A stretch of 64,000 nucleotides of DNA from an uncultured Chloroflexia bacterium (GCA_963813535.1 CAWEZH010000002.1:128001-192000); one strand, 5' to 3'; counted from the stretch's first letter, positions 51,371 to 60,451 are shown. Made by a program: numbers and translations. The notes: a model not told the origin generated them from the sequence alone.

Positions 51371-53377
51371 ATGCCTGCGGACGGATCCGGCTCCACGTCC
51401 TTCGTCGTCATCCGGACCGATTGGTCGGTCCTGACGGCCCTCCGGGCGCTCGACGCGACTGACGCGACCCACGTGATCATCGCGCACCACGGCGATCGTG
51501 GCGACGAATACCACCTGTTCACGGCCGACGACATCTTCGCCGAGCTCCAGACTCATCCGACCGAGGCCAACCTCACCTCAGTGCTGCCTTTGGCCGAGTG
51601 GCCGCCGACGCCGACGATCGCGCCGGGCGATGCGATCGGCGATCGGACGATGGCGGTCGTCCTCGATCGTGGCCGCGCGGTCGGTTTCATCGATCGCAAC
51701 GCCCCGAGCGTTCCAGGCCCGACGGCAGAGACCGTCCAGCCGGGTGATGCCGGCGGCCCCGGTGGGTGGACTGGCGAGGAGGTCGTCGAGCCGGTGCGAC
51801 GTGGCGGTGGGCACCGCGCGAAGCCGCCCGCATCGGCCGGCGATGGCGAACCTGTCGCTGCGAATGGCGGACCCGACGCCGAGGATGGCGGGACCGAGCG
51901 ATCGCTCGAGGCGGAATTTCCTGACTCGGTCGTGGTCGACACGGTGGAGTGGCTGCTGGTCTCGATCGTGAACGCGAAGCCGACAGCGTCGGGTCTCGCC
52001 ATCGAGGTCGCGGCGGGCGAATCGATCGACGTCCTGGTCCAACCGCGGCGCGGGTTCAGCGTGGAGGGTGACGCTCAGGGCACGCTCAAGGTGCCGGCCT
52101 CCGGCGAGAGCCTGCCGCTCCAGTTCAAGGTCAAGGCCCTCGACGAGGGAAAGGGCCTGATCCGCGTCCTGGCCTTCCACCTCGGCGAGCCGCTCGGCGT
52201 CATCACCCTCGAGCCGACGGTGAAGGCCGCGTCCAGGAGCCGGGCTCGCGGACGGACGACCTCGGCGCCTGCAGCGAGGAAGGGCCAGGCGCTGACGGCG
52301 CCGAGCCCGCAGGTCCCGGACATGTCGTTGTTCATCGAGGAGCGCGAGGCCGGCGGAGCCCTCGAGTTCGTCATCCGCCTGACCGCCACGGACCCGGCAC
52401 TCGACCTGAACCTTCGTCCGTTCGGGCCGTTCCGTCTCGAGGTCGAACCCGCCGAGTTCTTCGGGACGTTCTTCCAGGAGATCGACGAGCTGCCCCTGGC
52501 CACGAAGGAACAGCGCGAGGTCGCCGAGCGACGGTTGGCGGCCAAGGGTGCGTACCTGACCGAGTCCCTGATGCCCCCGGAACTGCGTGAGGCGCTCTGG
52601 CTGGTTCGCGATCGGATCGCCTCGGTCATCATCCAGTCCGAGGAGCCCTGGATCCCGTGGGAGCTCTGCCGCCTCATGGGCCGTGACGGCGATCGGGTGA
52701 TCGAGGGTCCGTTCCTGTGCGAAGCCTTCGCGGTCACGCGCTGGTTGCCCGGTGAGGGGTTCAAGCGCCCCCTCCGGCTCACCAACATGGCCCTGATCGT
52801 CCCGGCCGATTCCGGCCTGCCGCTCGCGCCCGAGGAACGCGACTTCGTCCTGTCGCTGGCCGGGGACGGTCGTGCCGTCACGGCGATCGATCCGAAGTTC
52901 GCCGACGTACAGGACGCGTTCGCGGCCGGCGTCTACGACGGCTGGCACTTCACCGGGCACGGCGCAGCGCGCGATTCGAACCCGGATCGTTCGTCGATCA
53001 TCCTGAGCGGCGAGGAGTCGTTCACGCCCGAGGACCTCAGTGGCCAAGCCGCGAACCTGGGCATCCCGCATCCGCTGATCTTCATCAACGCCTGCCAGGT
53101 CGGCCGCGGCGGGATGGGCCTGACCGGTATCGGTGGCTGGGCGCGACGCTTCGTGCAGACCGGGGCCGGCGCGTTCATCGGGGCGTACTGGTCGGTCTAT
53201 GACGTGTCGGCCTTCGCCTTCGCCAAGGAGGTCTATGCGCGGCTCCTGGACGGGATGCCGATCGGTGATGCGGTCCGCGAGGCACGCGCCAAGGTCCGTG
53301 AGGATGGTGACCCGACGTGGCTCGCCTACACCGTGTTTGCCGATCCGCTGGCCACCGTCGAGTCCGGACCGAGCTAG
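51371..53377 (+). CDS. soluble CHAT (caspase-like) protease with CBS-like N-terminus and beta-sandwich domain
   Basis: IPWEL, WHFTGHG, FINACQVG, FIGAYW, WLAYTVFADP; GGAGG RBS. Confidence 0.88.
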   Translation: MPADGSGSTSFVVIRTDWSVLTALRALDATDATHVIIAHHGDRGDEYHLFTADDIFAELQTHPTEANLTSVLPLAEWPPTPTIAPGDAIGDRTMAVVLDRGRAVGFIDRNAPSVPGPTAETVQPGDAGGPGGWTGEEVVEPVRRGGGHRAKPPASAGDGEPVAANGGPDAEDGGTERSLEAEFPDSVVVDTVEWLLVSIVNAKPTASGLAIEVAAGESIDVLVQPRRGFSVEGDAQGTLKVPASGESLPLQFKVKALDEGKGLIRVLAFHLGEPLGVITLEPTVKAASRSRARGRTTSAPAARKGQALTAPSPQVPDMSLFIEEREAGGALEFVIRLTATDPALDLNLRPFGPFRLEVEPAEFFGTFFQEIDELPLATKEQREVAERRLAAKGAYLTESLMPPELREALWLVRDRIASVIIQSEEPWIPWELCRLMGRDGDRVIEGPFLCEAFAVTRWLPGEGFKRPLRLTNMALIVPADSGLPLAPEERDFVLSLAGDGRAVTAIDPKFADVQDAFAAGVYDGWHFTGHGAARDSNPDRSSIILSGEESFTPEDLSGQAANLGIPHPLIFINACQVGRGGMGLTGIGGWARRFVQTGAGAFIGAYWSVYDVSAFAFAKEVYARLLDGMPIGDAVREARAKVREDGDPTWLAYTVFADPLATVESGPS

Positions 53378-53398
53378 GTCCGGAGCTGGCCCGACGCG

Positions 53399-54202
53399 TC
53401 AGGCGGGCCGCCGGCGCTCCTGGAGGACGTGGAACGCGGCCATCGCGACCGTGAGGAAGATCAACCCGCCGATGTATGAGCTGACGGTCCGCCCGTTCAG
53501 TTCTCCATAGAAGAGGGCGGCCGTGACCAGAAGGGCGACGCCGTTGACGATGAACAGCCGAGCCGCCGTGCGGATCTCGTCCCAGTCGCGAGCGAAGGCC
53601 ATGGTCCCGCACCAGACCGACCAGCCGAGGAACCACGCGGCGACGATGCGCGCGTCCAATGGGTTGAGCTCCCAAGCCCAACGGTGCGCTGCGAACTCGG
53701 GGTTGATCAGGAGGAGCAGGCCATGCATGAGCAGCAGCCCCGTCACGAGGACGAGGAACCGCTTGAACCACAGGAGGATGGGGCCTCCGCTGACGGGGGC
53801 CTCGGCTCGCATGATCCCGCGCGGGATCAGGTAGATCATCACCACCGGCTCGAAGATGTAGAGGATCACCCAGATGTGGGCCGTCGGCGGCGTGAACTGT
53901 GACCAGGTGAATTCGTCGATGTGCCAGAACGTGGCGAGCAACAGCGTGCCGGTGAAGGCGAGGTTGCCCCACACGATCCAGCGGAGCCGGATCCAGTCCG
54001 CCTGGCGGGCGACATTGAGGAAGAACAGTGTCCGGAAGATGTAGCCCGCGCCGATGAAGGCTTGGGCGTAGCGCGGCTGGACGTCCCACGCAAAGTATTC
54101 GGGCACGAACTGGGGGAACACGAGCATCCACACGGCGAACCACGCGGCCGCGAGCGCGCCGAGAACGCCCCAGAGAACCTGTGAGCGAGGTGGCCAGCTC
54201 AT
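53399..54202 (-). CDS. multi-TM membrane protein with internal duplication
   Basis: About 8 hydrophobic segments; FAWDVQP..AQAFIGAGY repeated as WAWELNP..ARIVAAWF. Confidence 0.75.
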   Translation of the reverse strand: MSWPPRSQVLWGVLGALAAAWFAVWMLVFPQFVPEYFAWDVQPRYAQAFIGAGYIFRTLFFLNVARQADWIRLRWIVWGNLAFTGTLLLATFWHIDEFTWSQFTPPTAHIWVILYIFEPVVMIYLIPRGIMRAEAPVSGGPILLWFKRFLVLVTGLLLMHGLLLLINPEFAAHRWAWELNPLDARIVAAWFLGWSVWCGTMAFARDWDEIRTAARLFIVNGVALLVTAALFYGELNGRTVSSYIGGLIFLTVAMAAFHVLQERRRPA

Positions 54203-54209
54203 CGAGGCT

Positions 54210-55031
54210 TCAACGCTCGACATCGATCGTGAAGCTGGCCGTGTCGAACAGCCATTCCTTCGGGCGACCGAACAGCCCGGCCTCGCGAACCCAGCACGTG
54301 ATGCCGATCCGTAGTTGTTTCGTGGCCTTGGGCACGAGCAGTGTCTGGAGCAAGGCCTGGTGCCCGGCGATCTGCTGGTCCTGGGCGTAGAGGCTCCACT
54401 CGGCGCCGCCATAGCCGTCGCCGGGGCCGGAGATGACCTTGGGCACGGAGACGGTGAAGCTGATCGACAGCTTCGCGTTCTCATTGATGCTCGCGCCGAC
54501 CTTGGCCGCGGTCAGGGTCACGCCGGGCACGGTGCTGATCGCGGCCTGGAATTCCTTCGGCACCTCGAGCGATCCGTCGAGGCCGATGTCGACGCTCGCC
54601 TCGGCCCCGACTTTGGCGATGTCGAGCAGCTCGGTCGACGGTTGGACGTCCACGGTGTCGGCCTGGACGTCGAACAGCTCGACCTTGTAGCCCATCCCCC
54701 AGACCTTCGCTGGCTTGCGGCCGGGAGCCGGCTGCGCGGTCACCCCATGCGACAGCAGCACCGGGAACTTCCGCCCGAGTCCGGCCACGATCATCGGGTC
54801 GGGGGTCTTCTCGGCGAGCTTCCACAGGCGGCGCAGGTCGATCGCCCGCGGCGCCGGCATCGCCAGGCTGAACGGCGCGTTCGACGGTAGAGCACGCGTC
54901 GCCTCGTCACCGCCCCGCCGGACCGGACCCGCCGCCTTCAGGGCGTCGGCGGCCATCTCCTTGAGCACGCCGTCCTCGACGTCTTGTGGGTTGCCTTGCG
55001 CCTCGAGGGTCCGCGTTCCCCGCTCCGCCAT
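54210..55031 (-). CDS. beta-rich hypothetical protein with amphipathic beta-hairpin
   Basis: GGAGGAG RBS; KVGAEASVDIGLDGSLEV...KVGASINENAKLSISFTV; N-terminal GPVRRGG. Confidence 0.72.
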   Translation of the reverse strand: MAERGTRTLEAQGNPQDVEDGVLKEMAADALKAAGPVRRGGDEATRALPSNAPFSLAMPAPRAIDLRRLWKLAEKTPDPMIVAGLGRKFPVLLSHGVTAQPAPGRKPAKVWGMGYKVELFDVQADTVDVQPSTELLDIAKVGAEASVDIGLDGSLEVPKEFQAAISTVPGVTLTAAKVGASINENAKLSISFTVSVPKVISGPGDGYGGAEWSLYAQDQQIAGHQALLQTLLVPKATKQLRIGITCWVREAGLFGRPKEWLFDTASFTIDVER

Positions 55032-55256
55032 CTTGTCTCCTCCCGCTCGGCGCCGCACCGAGACGCTACCAGGCAGACAGTTCGCGCAGGCCCCGACCCC
55101 TCTGACGGCCATGCCGAGACCGCCCAGTCTAAGCCTGCATGTCGAGTGTTCCCGAGTCGCTGCGAGTAGGGCGTGCGCACTTGCGACGTCGAACTACGCT
55201 GGCAACTACTGCGGAAGCTGCACCACCGGGCCGCCGCCGCAAGAAGGGACGCGACC

Positions 55257-55928
55257 ATGTCGACGCCGACCAGACTCTCCCCACGCATCCTGACCCTCGC
55301 CGCGATCGTCGCTCTGGCCGTGGTATCGGGTGCCTGCGACATCGGTGGCACGCGCGGCGAAGGTGCGGTGACGAGCGAAACGCGCGAGGTCGACGCGTTT
55401 TCCAAGGTCGAAACCGGTAACGGCATCAACGTGACGATCGTGATCGGCACTCCTGCCGACGTCGAGGTCAGTGCCCAGGGCAACATCCTCCCGATCATCG
55501 AGACGGGTGTCGCGTCCGACACCCTGCGCATCCGCAGCACGAAGGGATTCTCGACGTCCGAAGGCGTCGAGGTCGTGATCACGACGCCGCAGGTCGATGG
55601 GATCGTCCTCAGCGGTGGCTCGCACGGTACGGTCGATGGGCTCGCAGCCGACGCGTTCGATGCCGAGCTCAGCGGCGGATCGGTGCTGACGGCCAATGGG
55701 ACGGCCGGGACGGTGTCCCTGGCGACCAGCGGCGGGGCGATCGCCGAGCTGGAGGGTCTCACCGCCGGGACGGTCACGGTCGACGTCTCGGGCGGCAGCC
55801 GCGCCGAGGTCCGCGCGACCGACGCCGTCAGCGGGTCGGCGAGCGGCGGCAGCAACGTGACCGTGTTCGGCGACGCGGACACCCAGGTGGACGCGACGGG
55901 CGGCGCTTCGGTCGAACACCAGTCATAG
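55257..55928 (+). CDS. DUF2807 (GIN domain) lipoprotein
   Basis: Lipobox VSGAC; SETREVDAFSKV; repeated SGGS beta-helix motifs. Confidence 0.85.
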   Translation: MSTPTRLSPRILTLAAIVALAVVSGACDIGGTRGEGAVTSETREVDAFSKVETGNGINVTIVIGTPADVEVSAQGNILPIIETGVASDTLRIRSTKGFSTSEGVEVVITTPQVDGIVLSGGSHGTVDGLAADAFDAELSGGSVLTANGTAGTVSLATSGGAIAELEGLTAGTVTVDVSGGSRAEVRATDAVSGSASGGSNVTVFGDADTQVDATGGASVEHQS

Positions 55929-55958
55929 GGCGTCTGCCTGGCGGGTAGCCTGTCGGGC

Positions 55959-56419
55959 GTGAAGCGCGTCACGGCGAGCATCGACATCGACGCCCCGGCC
56001 CAGCGAGGTGTGGGACCTGTATGCCGACGTGCAGGGCTCGGTCGACTGGGTGCCGTTCGCCGAGGAGATCCTGTACGTGAGCGGGCCGCCCGGTGTCGGG
56101 CAGGTCTACCGCGAGCGGACGAAGCTCGGCGGCATCAGCGATGTCGCCGAGTGGCAGGTCATCGAGTGGGACCCGCCGCGCCGCCAGGTGCAGCTGTCGA
56201 CCGACAAGGGCATGGACTCGAGGTTGGTGATCGAGATCGAGCCTCTTGAGCCGCTCGATGCGCGGCCGGTCGCGGGTCCGCCAGGAGGCGATCCTGGAGT
56301 CGCGACTACCTGTGGTCGTTCGTTGGCTGCACGAGGCGGTGTTCGCGGTCGTGGCCGGCCGTGGTGTCCGCGGCGCGGTCGAGGCGGCGAAGCGCCACCT
56401 CGAGTCGGATCCGGCCTAG
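55959..56419 (+). CDS. SRPBCC (START-like) family protein (apparent frameshifts)
   Basis: VTASIDIDAP..VWDLYAD...GVGQVYRER...WDPPRR. Confidence 0.75.
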
Positions 56420-56440
56420 ACGAACGGCCCAGGAATCGAT

Positions 56441-56466
56441 GAAGCCCGGCGGGATCGCCGGGCTTC
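56441..56466. terminator. hairpin between convergent genes
   Basis: GAAGCCCGGCG-GGAT-CGCCGGGCTTC. Confidence 0.65.
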
Positions 56467-56486
56467 GATGCTGGCTGGTGCTTCGG

Positions 56487-56825
56487 TTAGTAGCTTCGGC
56501 GCTGCGTCTGGAAGCAATCGCTGCAGTACACGGGCTTGCTGCCGGTGGGCTGGAACGGGACCTGGGCCTCGCGGCCACAGCTCGAGCACGTGGCGCTGAA
56601 CATCTCGCGCGGGCCGCGGTCGTAGCCGCCGCCGCCACCGCTCGAGTAGCCGCCACCGGAGCCACCACCCGAGTCGCCGCGAGCAGCCTTGCGGCTTGCG
56701 CGACAGCTGGCGCAGCGACGTGGTTCGGTGAACTGCCGGTCGGCGTAGAACTGCTGCTCACTCGCCGTGAACACGAACTCCTGGCCGCAGTCGGCGCAGG
56801 TCAGGTTCTTGTCTGATCCGTACAA
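56487..56825 (-). CDS. zinc-ribbon (zf-trcl) / CxxC-x17-CxxC domain protein
   Basis: DKNLTCADCG.EFVFTASEQQFY...PRRCASCR; Gly linker; ATCSSCG...VPFQP...PVYCSDCF; TTG start after GAAGGAG. Confidence 0.9.
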   Translation of the reverse strand: MYGSDKNLTCADCGQEFVFTASEQQFYADRQFTEPRRCASCRASRKAARGDSGGGSGGGYSSGGGGGYDRGPREMFSATCSSCGREAQVPFQPTGSKPVYCSDCFQTQRRSY

Positions 56826-56954
56826 AGAAAACACTCCTTCTCGTGCGACTTCAGCGAACCTATCTCGCCGAAACCGTTGAGAGGGAGTGATCGTGTTGTC
56901 GCGTTGGGCGGCGCACGTATCGGCGCCGGCCCACACAGTAACAGGTCTCGCGCG

Positions 56955-57476
56955 TCAGGTCGACGGGTATTTCTGGCAATTCGCTGAGCCAGATGCTGCG
57001 TCAGTCGTCATCCCAACGGACGACGATTCCGAACGAAGCTCGAACACAGGTCGCGTGGACGCCGCGCGCTCGGGATCGCTGCGGACCTCCGGGGCCGCGG
57101 CGGAGAACAGCACACGGGCGAAGAGCCGCCCGAACCACGGCAGGCGACCGACGTACGTAGGCAGGATCCGGGCGTAGAAGTCGGTCGCCTCGACGCTGTC
57201 GAGCTCCCGCGCGACCACCGGCTCGTTCGTGCCGCGAACGCGGATCTCGGCCGAGCCGGCCGCGCGCAGGTTGCGGACCCACTGGACGTCGCCGTACGCC
57301 CCGATGACCCAGCGCCGGCCATCGAGCTCCACGATGGCCACCGCCGCCGAGCGCGGCAGGCCGCTCGTTCGACCGCGGACGGTCAGGAGCACGTTCGGGC
57401 CCATCGGCGTGCCCAGGCGGAGCAGCCGGCGGGTGAGGGGATTCGAGGCGCGGACGAAGGCGGGAGCAGTGGTCAT
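56955..57476 (-). CDS. deazaflavin (F420)-dependent nitroreductase family protein
   Basis: LLTVRGRTSGLPR...YGDVQWVRNLRAAG...PVFEL; exact 3' end uncertain. Confidence 0.85.
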   Translation of the reverse strand: MTTAPAFVRASNPLTRRLLRLGTPMGPNVLLTVRGRTSGLPRSAAVAIVELDGRRWVIGAYGDVQWVRNLRAAGSAEIRVRGTNEPVVARELDSVEATDFYARILPTYVGRLPWFGRLFARVLFSAAAPEVRSDPERAASTRPVFELRSESSSVGMTTDAASGSANCQKYPST

Positions 57477-57487
57477 GGGAGAGTCCT

Positions 57488-57551
57488 CGGTCACGTTCTG
57501 GTGGTTGCGGTCGTCACTCGGTTGACGGACCCTCACCGGAGAACGTGACCG
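57488..57551. promoter_or_regulatory. two overlapping, oppositely oriented ECF41-type promoters
   Basis: GGTCACG-N16-CGTC on + (57489-57515) and on - (57550-57524). Confidence 0.72.
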
Positions 57552-57552
57552 G

Positions 57553-58458
57553 ATGACCGACTCGGACTGGCTGGCCGCTCGATTCGAGGACCATCGCCCG
57601 CATCTGCGGTCGGTGGCGTATCGCATGCTCGGCTCGCTGTCCGAGGCCGAGGACACGGTCCAGGACGCCTGGCTACGAGCGAGTCGAGCCGACAGTGCCG
57701 CCGTCGAGAACCTCGGCGGCTGGCTGACGACGATCGTCGCGCGTCTGAGCCTCGACCGGCTGCGGGCACGCTCCACCCGCCGAGAGGACCTCGTCGGTGT
57801 CCAGATCCCGGACCCGATCATCTCGAGCATCCAGGGCGGCTCGGCGTCCGCCATGGGTGACCCGGAACACCTGACGGTGCTGGCGGATTCGATCGGTCTC
57901 GCGATGCTCATCGTCCTCGACCGGCTGCCGCCCGCCGAGCGGCTGGCGTTCGTCCTCCACGACACGTTCGGCCTGCCGTTCGATGAGATCGCGCCGATCG
58001 TCGAGCGGACGCCGACCGCGACCCGCCAGCTCGCGAGTCGTGCCCGACGCCGCGTCCGGGGCGCCGGCCCGACGTCGTCGGACGTGCCGCTCGCCCGCCA
58101 GCGGGAGATCGTCGATGCCTTCATCGCCGCGTCCCAGGCCGGCGACTTCGAGGCGCTCCTGCGCATCCTCGATCCCGACGTCGTGGTCCGTGCCGACACC
58201 GCCGCGGACCGCGGCCCGTTCGCGGGCGTGACCGAGGTGCGGGGGGCGCACGCCGTCGCTGCGCAGGCGACCGCCTTCGGGCGATTCGCGGCGGGCGCCC
58301 GCCGCGCGATCGTGAACGGCGGCGCCGGTGCCGTGGTCTATTCGGCGGGTCGGCCGTTCGGTGTCGTGGCGGTCACGATCCGCGGCGATGCCATCGTCGA
58401 GATGGACTTCATCCTGCGGCCCGAGCGGCTGCGGGCGCTGGGCCTCGCCGCCGACTGA
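57553..58458 (+). CDS. ECF41/SigJ-family sigma factor with SnoaL-like C-terminal extension
   Basis: AYRMLGSLSEAEDTVQDAW, ERLAFVLHD, RQLASRARRRV, GDFEALL..LDPDVV. Confidence 0.92.
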   Translation: MTDSDWLAARFEDHRPHLRSVAYRMLGSLSEAEDTVQDAWLRASRADSAAVENLGGWLTTIVARLSLDRLRARSTRREDLVGVQIPDPIISSIQGGSASAMGDPEHLTVLADSIGLAMLIVLDRLPPAERLAFVLHDTFGLPFDEIAPIVERTPTATRQLASRARRRVRGAGPTSSDVPLARQREIVDAFIAASQAGDFEALLRILDPDVVVRADTAADRGPFAGVTEVRGAHAVAAQATAFGRFAAGARRAIVNGGAGAVVYSAGRPFGVVAVTIRGDAIVEMDFILRPERLRALGLAAD

Positions 58459-58459
58459 G

Positions 58460-59068
58460 TCAGCTGGCCGGTCGGCGGAGCCCGTCGATCGCGACGGACA
58501 GGAGCCGCCCGGAGAGGTCGGAGCCCTCGCCGCTCAGCTCGCCCGCATGGGCGATCGCGCTCGCCAGCATCAGGACGTCGGTGACCTCGACGTCGTCGCG
58601 GATGGTGCCCGCCTCCTGGGCGCGCTCGACGAGCCGCCCACCGGTCGTCATGACCATGGCCTTGCAGGTCGCGAACAGGTCCGAGTCCCGGCCGAGCGCC
58701 GTCGTGAGCGGACCCATCAGGCCGCGCTTGACCGCCCCGAACGAGACGTACCCCCGGAGCCACTCGGAGAGCGCCTCGCCGGGCTCCGTATCGGAGTCCA
58801 GGAGTCGGTCGCCCTCCGCGCAGAGCCGTTGGACCTCGTCGCGGTAGACGGCCTCGAGCAGCGCCACGCGGGTGGGGAAGTGGCGGTACAACGTTCCGCT
58901 GCCGACACCGGCGTCGCGGGCGATGTCGTCGAGGGACGCGTCGGGGCCGTCTCGCGCGATGGCGATCCGGGCGGCCTCGAGGAGGCGCTCGACGTTGCGC
59001 TTGGCGTCGGCGCGTTGGGCGCGAGGCGGTTCGGTGTTCGGCTTGGTCGGCGCGTTCTGCGCGTTCAT
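58460..59068 (-). CDS. TetR family transcriptional regulator
   Basis: RADAKRN..RLLEAA...SLDDIARDAGVGSGTLYRHFPTR. Confidence 0.92.
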   Translation of the reverse strand: MNAQNAPTKPNTEPPRAQRADAKRNVERLLEAARIAIARDGPDASLDDIARDAGVGSGTLYRHFPTRVALLEAVYRDEVQRLCAEGDRLLDSDTEPGEALSEWLRGYVSFGAVKRGLMGPLTTALGRDSDLFATCKAMVMTTGGRLVERAQEAGTIRDDVEVTDVLMLASAIAHAGELSGEGSDLSGRLLSVAIDGLRRPAS

Positions 59069-59104
59069 GAAGGTTTCGTGCCTTTCGTCGTCTCGATCCT
59101 CTAA

Positions 59105-59179
59105 GCGGGGAAACTCCCCACTTGTCAAACGGAGACTGTCCCCGTATAGTACCACCATCGAAACGGAGACGGTCCCCGG
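59105..59179 (+). promoter_or_regulatory. sigma70 promoter with three TetR-type operators
   Basis: TTGTCA-17bp-TATAGT (59122-59150); CGGGGAAACTCCCC, CGGAGACTGTCCCCG, CGGAGACGGTCCCCG. Confidence 0.72.
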
Positions 59180-59218
59180 TTTCCGACCAACGACCTCACA
59201 TCACCCCAGGAGGACGAC

Positions 59219-59464
59219 ATGGCCCGCAAGCGAACCGCACGAACCAGTACCGACGCGGCGCGTCGTCGCACGAACGGCGGCGTGACCTCGATCCCCATGG
59301 CGACGCGCACGCCAAGCGTGTCGGCCGCACCGTACGTGCGCGACACGCGCTGGGCGACCCCGGTCGCTCGACGCCGCACGGATGTCGTCGTGGTCGAGGT
59401 CGCTCGACCGATGTCCGCGGCGTCGCGCTCGTCGGACGAGGACCCGCTGCTCCTGACCGCCTAG
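59219..59464 (+). CDS. small basic hypothetical protein
   Basis: AGGAGG RBS downstream of a consensus-like promoter; 81 aa Arg/Thr-rich. Confidence 0.55.
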   Translation: MARKRTARTSTDAARRRTNGGVTSIPMATRTPSVSAAPYVRDTRWATPVARRRTDVVVVEVARPMSAASRSSDEDPLLLTA

Positions 59465-59483
59465 GCTCGGTGGCGCTCGAGGA

Positions 59484-59865
59484 TCAGTTGCCTGAGCCCA
59501 TCGACGCTTCATCGAACGGCGACATCAGCTGGAAGTAGTTGTCGTCGGGGTCGGCGAAGGTCGCGATCCACGTCCCCGGTGCTTGCTCGAAGTCGTACGG
59601 CTCGCGGATGACGATGGCGCCGGCGGCCCGGAATCGATCGAAGTCGCCCTTGACGTCGTCGCTCTCGATGTTCCAGATGATCCGGCCGGGCGCCGCGTTC
59701 TTGCCGTGGACCTGGTCATGGGGGCCGATCGACACCGAACCCGAGCCCATCACCCAGGTGGTGTAGCCGCCGTCGTCGTACGCGGGCTCGCCGAGGAGCT
59801 TGCGGTAGTAGTCGGCTGAGCGCCTTGGGGTCCTCGGACCCGATCAGGATGCCGTTGAAGTTCAT
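59484..59865 (-). CDS. VOC / glyoxalase family protein (apparent frameshift near 59828)
   Basis: MNFNGILIGSEDP...YYRKLLG...ATFADPDDNYFQL. Confidence 0.85.
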
Positions 59866-59913
59866 GTCGCCTCCTCTTTCACGACCATTGTCGCTCAGCA
59901 GCAGGCCGTCACC

Positions 59914-60451
59914 TCACGTCGGATCGCGCCGCAACAGGATCCCGAGGTAGGCCTTCCACGGGCCGACCGCCGACTCCTGGCTGCCGGCCAGCGCCGAGTA
60001 GATCTGGGCGACGTGGTCGAGGTCGTGGACGGCCCACGTCGCGAGGAGCTGGCGCATCGTCACCTTGCCGAGCTCGGGGTGGCGACCGACCTTGTCGAGG
60101 TCGTCCTCGCCGACGAGCTCGCGCAGCCGGACGAGGCTGCGCGCGCCGAAGCTGCTCGAACCGGTCGATCAGCGTGCTGAGCGACATGCCCCGGTCGCGG
60201 TCCTTGTGGGCGAAGCGGTCGAACGGCTCGAACGACTTCTTGGCGCCGTGCTCGAGGATCATCTCGGCGCGCGGGATCCAGTCGTCGAGCTCGGCCGAGA
60301 TGAGGTGGCCGACGACGTCACGCGGCGTCCAGCCGTCGGCCGTGTCGGGCGTGTCGAGCCAGGTGGCCGGCAGGCCGTCGAGCAGCCCGCGGACGACGCG
60401 TGGCGTGCGCTCGAGCAGCGCGGTCGTGTCGGCGAGGAAGGTGTCGGTCAT
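59914..60451 (-). CDS. DinB family protein (apparent frameshift near 60140)
   Basis: LERTP, WTPRDVVGHL...WIPR...HPELG.VT..QLLATWAVHDLDH. Confidence 0.85.

Noticed and set aside
54210-55031. Calling this protein a bacterial gasdermin
   Set aside because: Size and CHAT context fit, but I recognise no gasdermin sequence features; reported only as a candidate effector
32185-55031. Protease island as a prophage or ICE
   Set aside because: No integrase, structural, replication or conjugation genes, and no att-like flanking repeats were seen
55069-55941. 10-bp inverted repeat CCAGGCAGAC/GTCTGCCTGG flanking the DUF2807 gene
   Set aside because: Short and GC-rich with no target duplication or transposase; could be chance or similar promoter sequence
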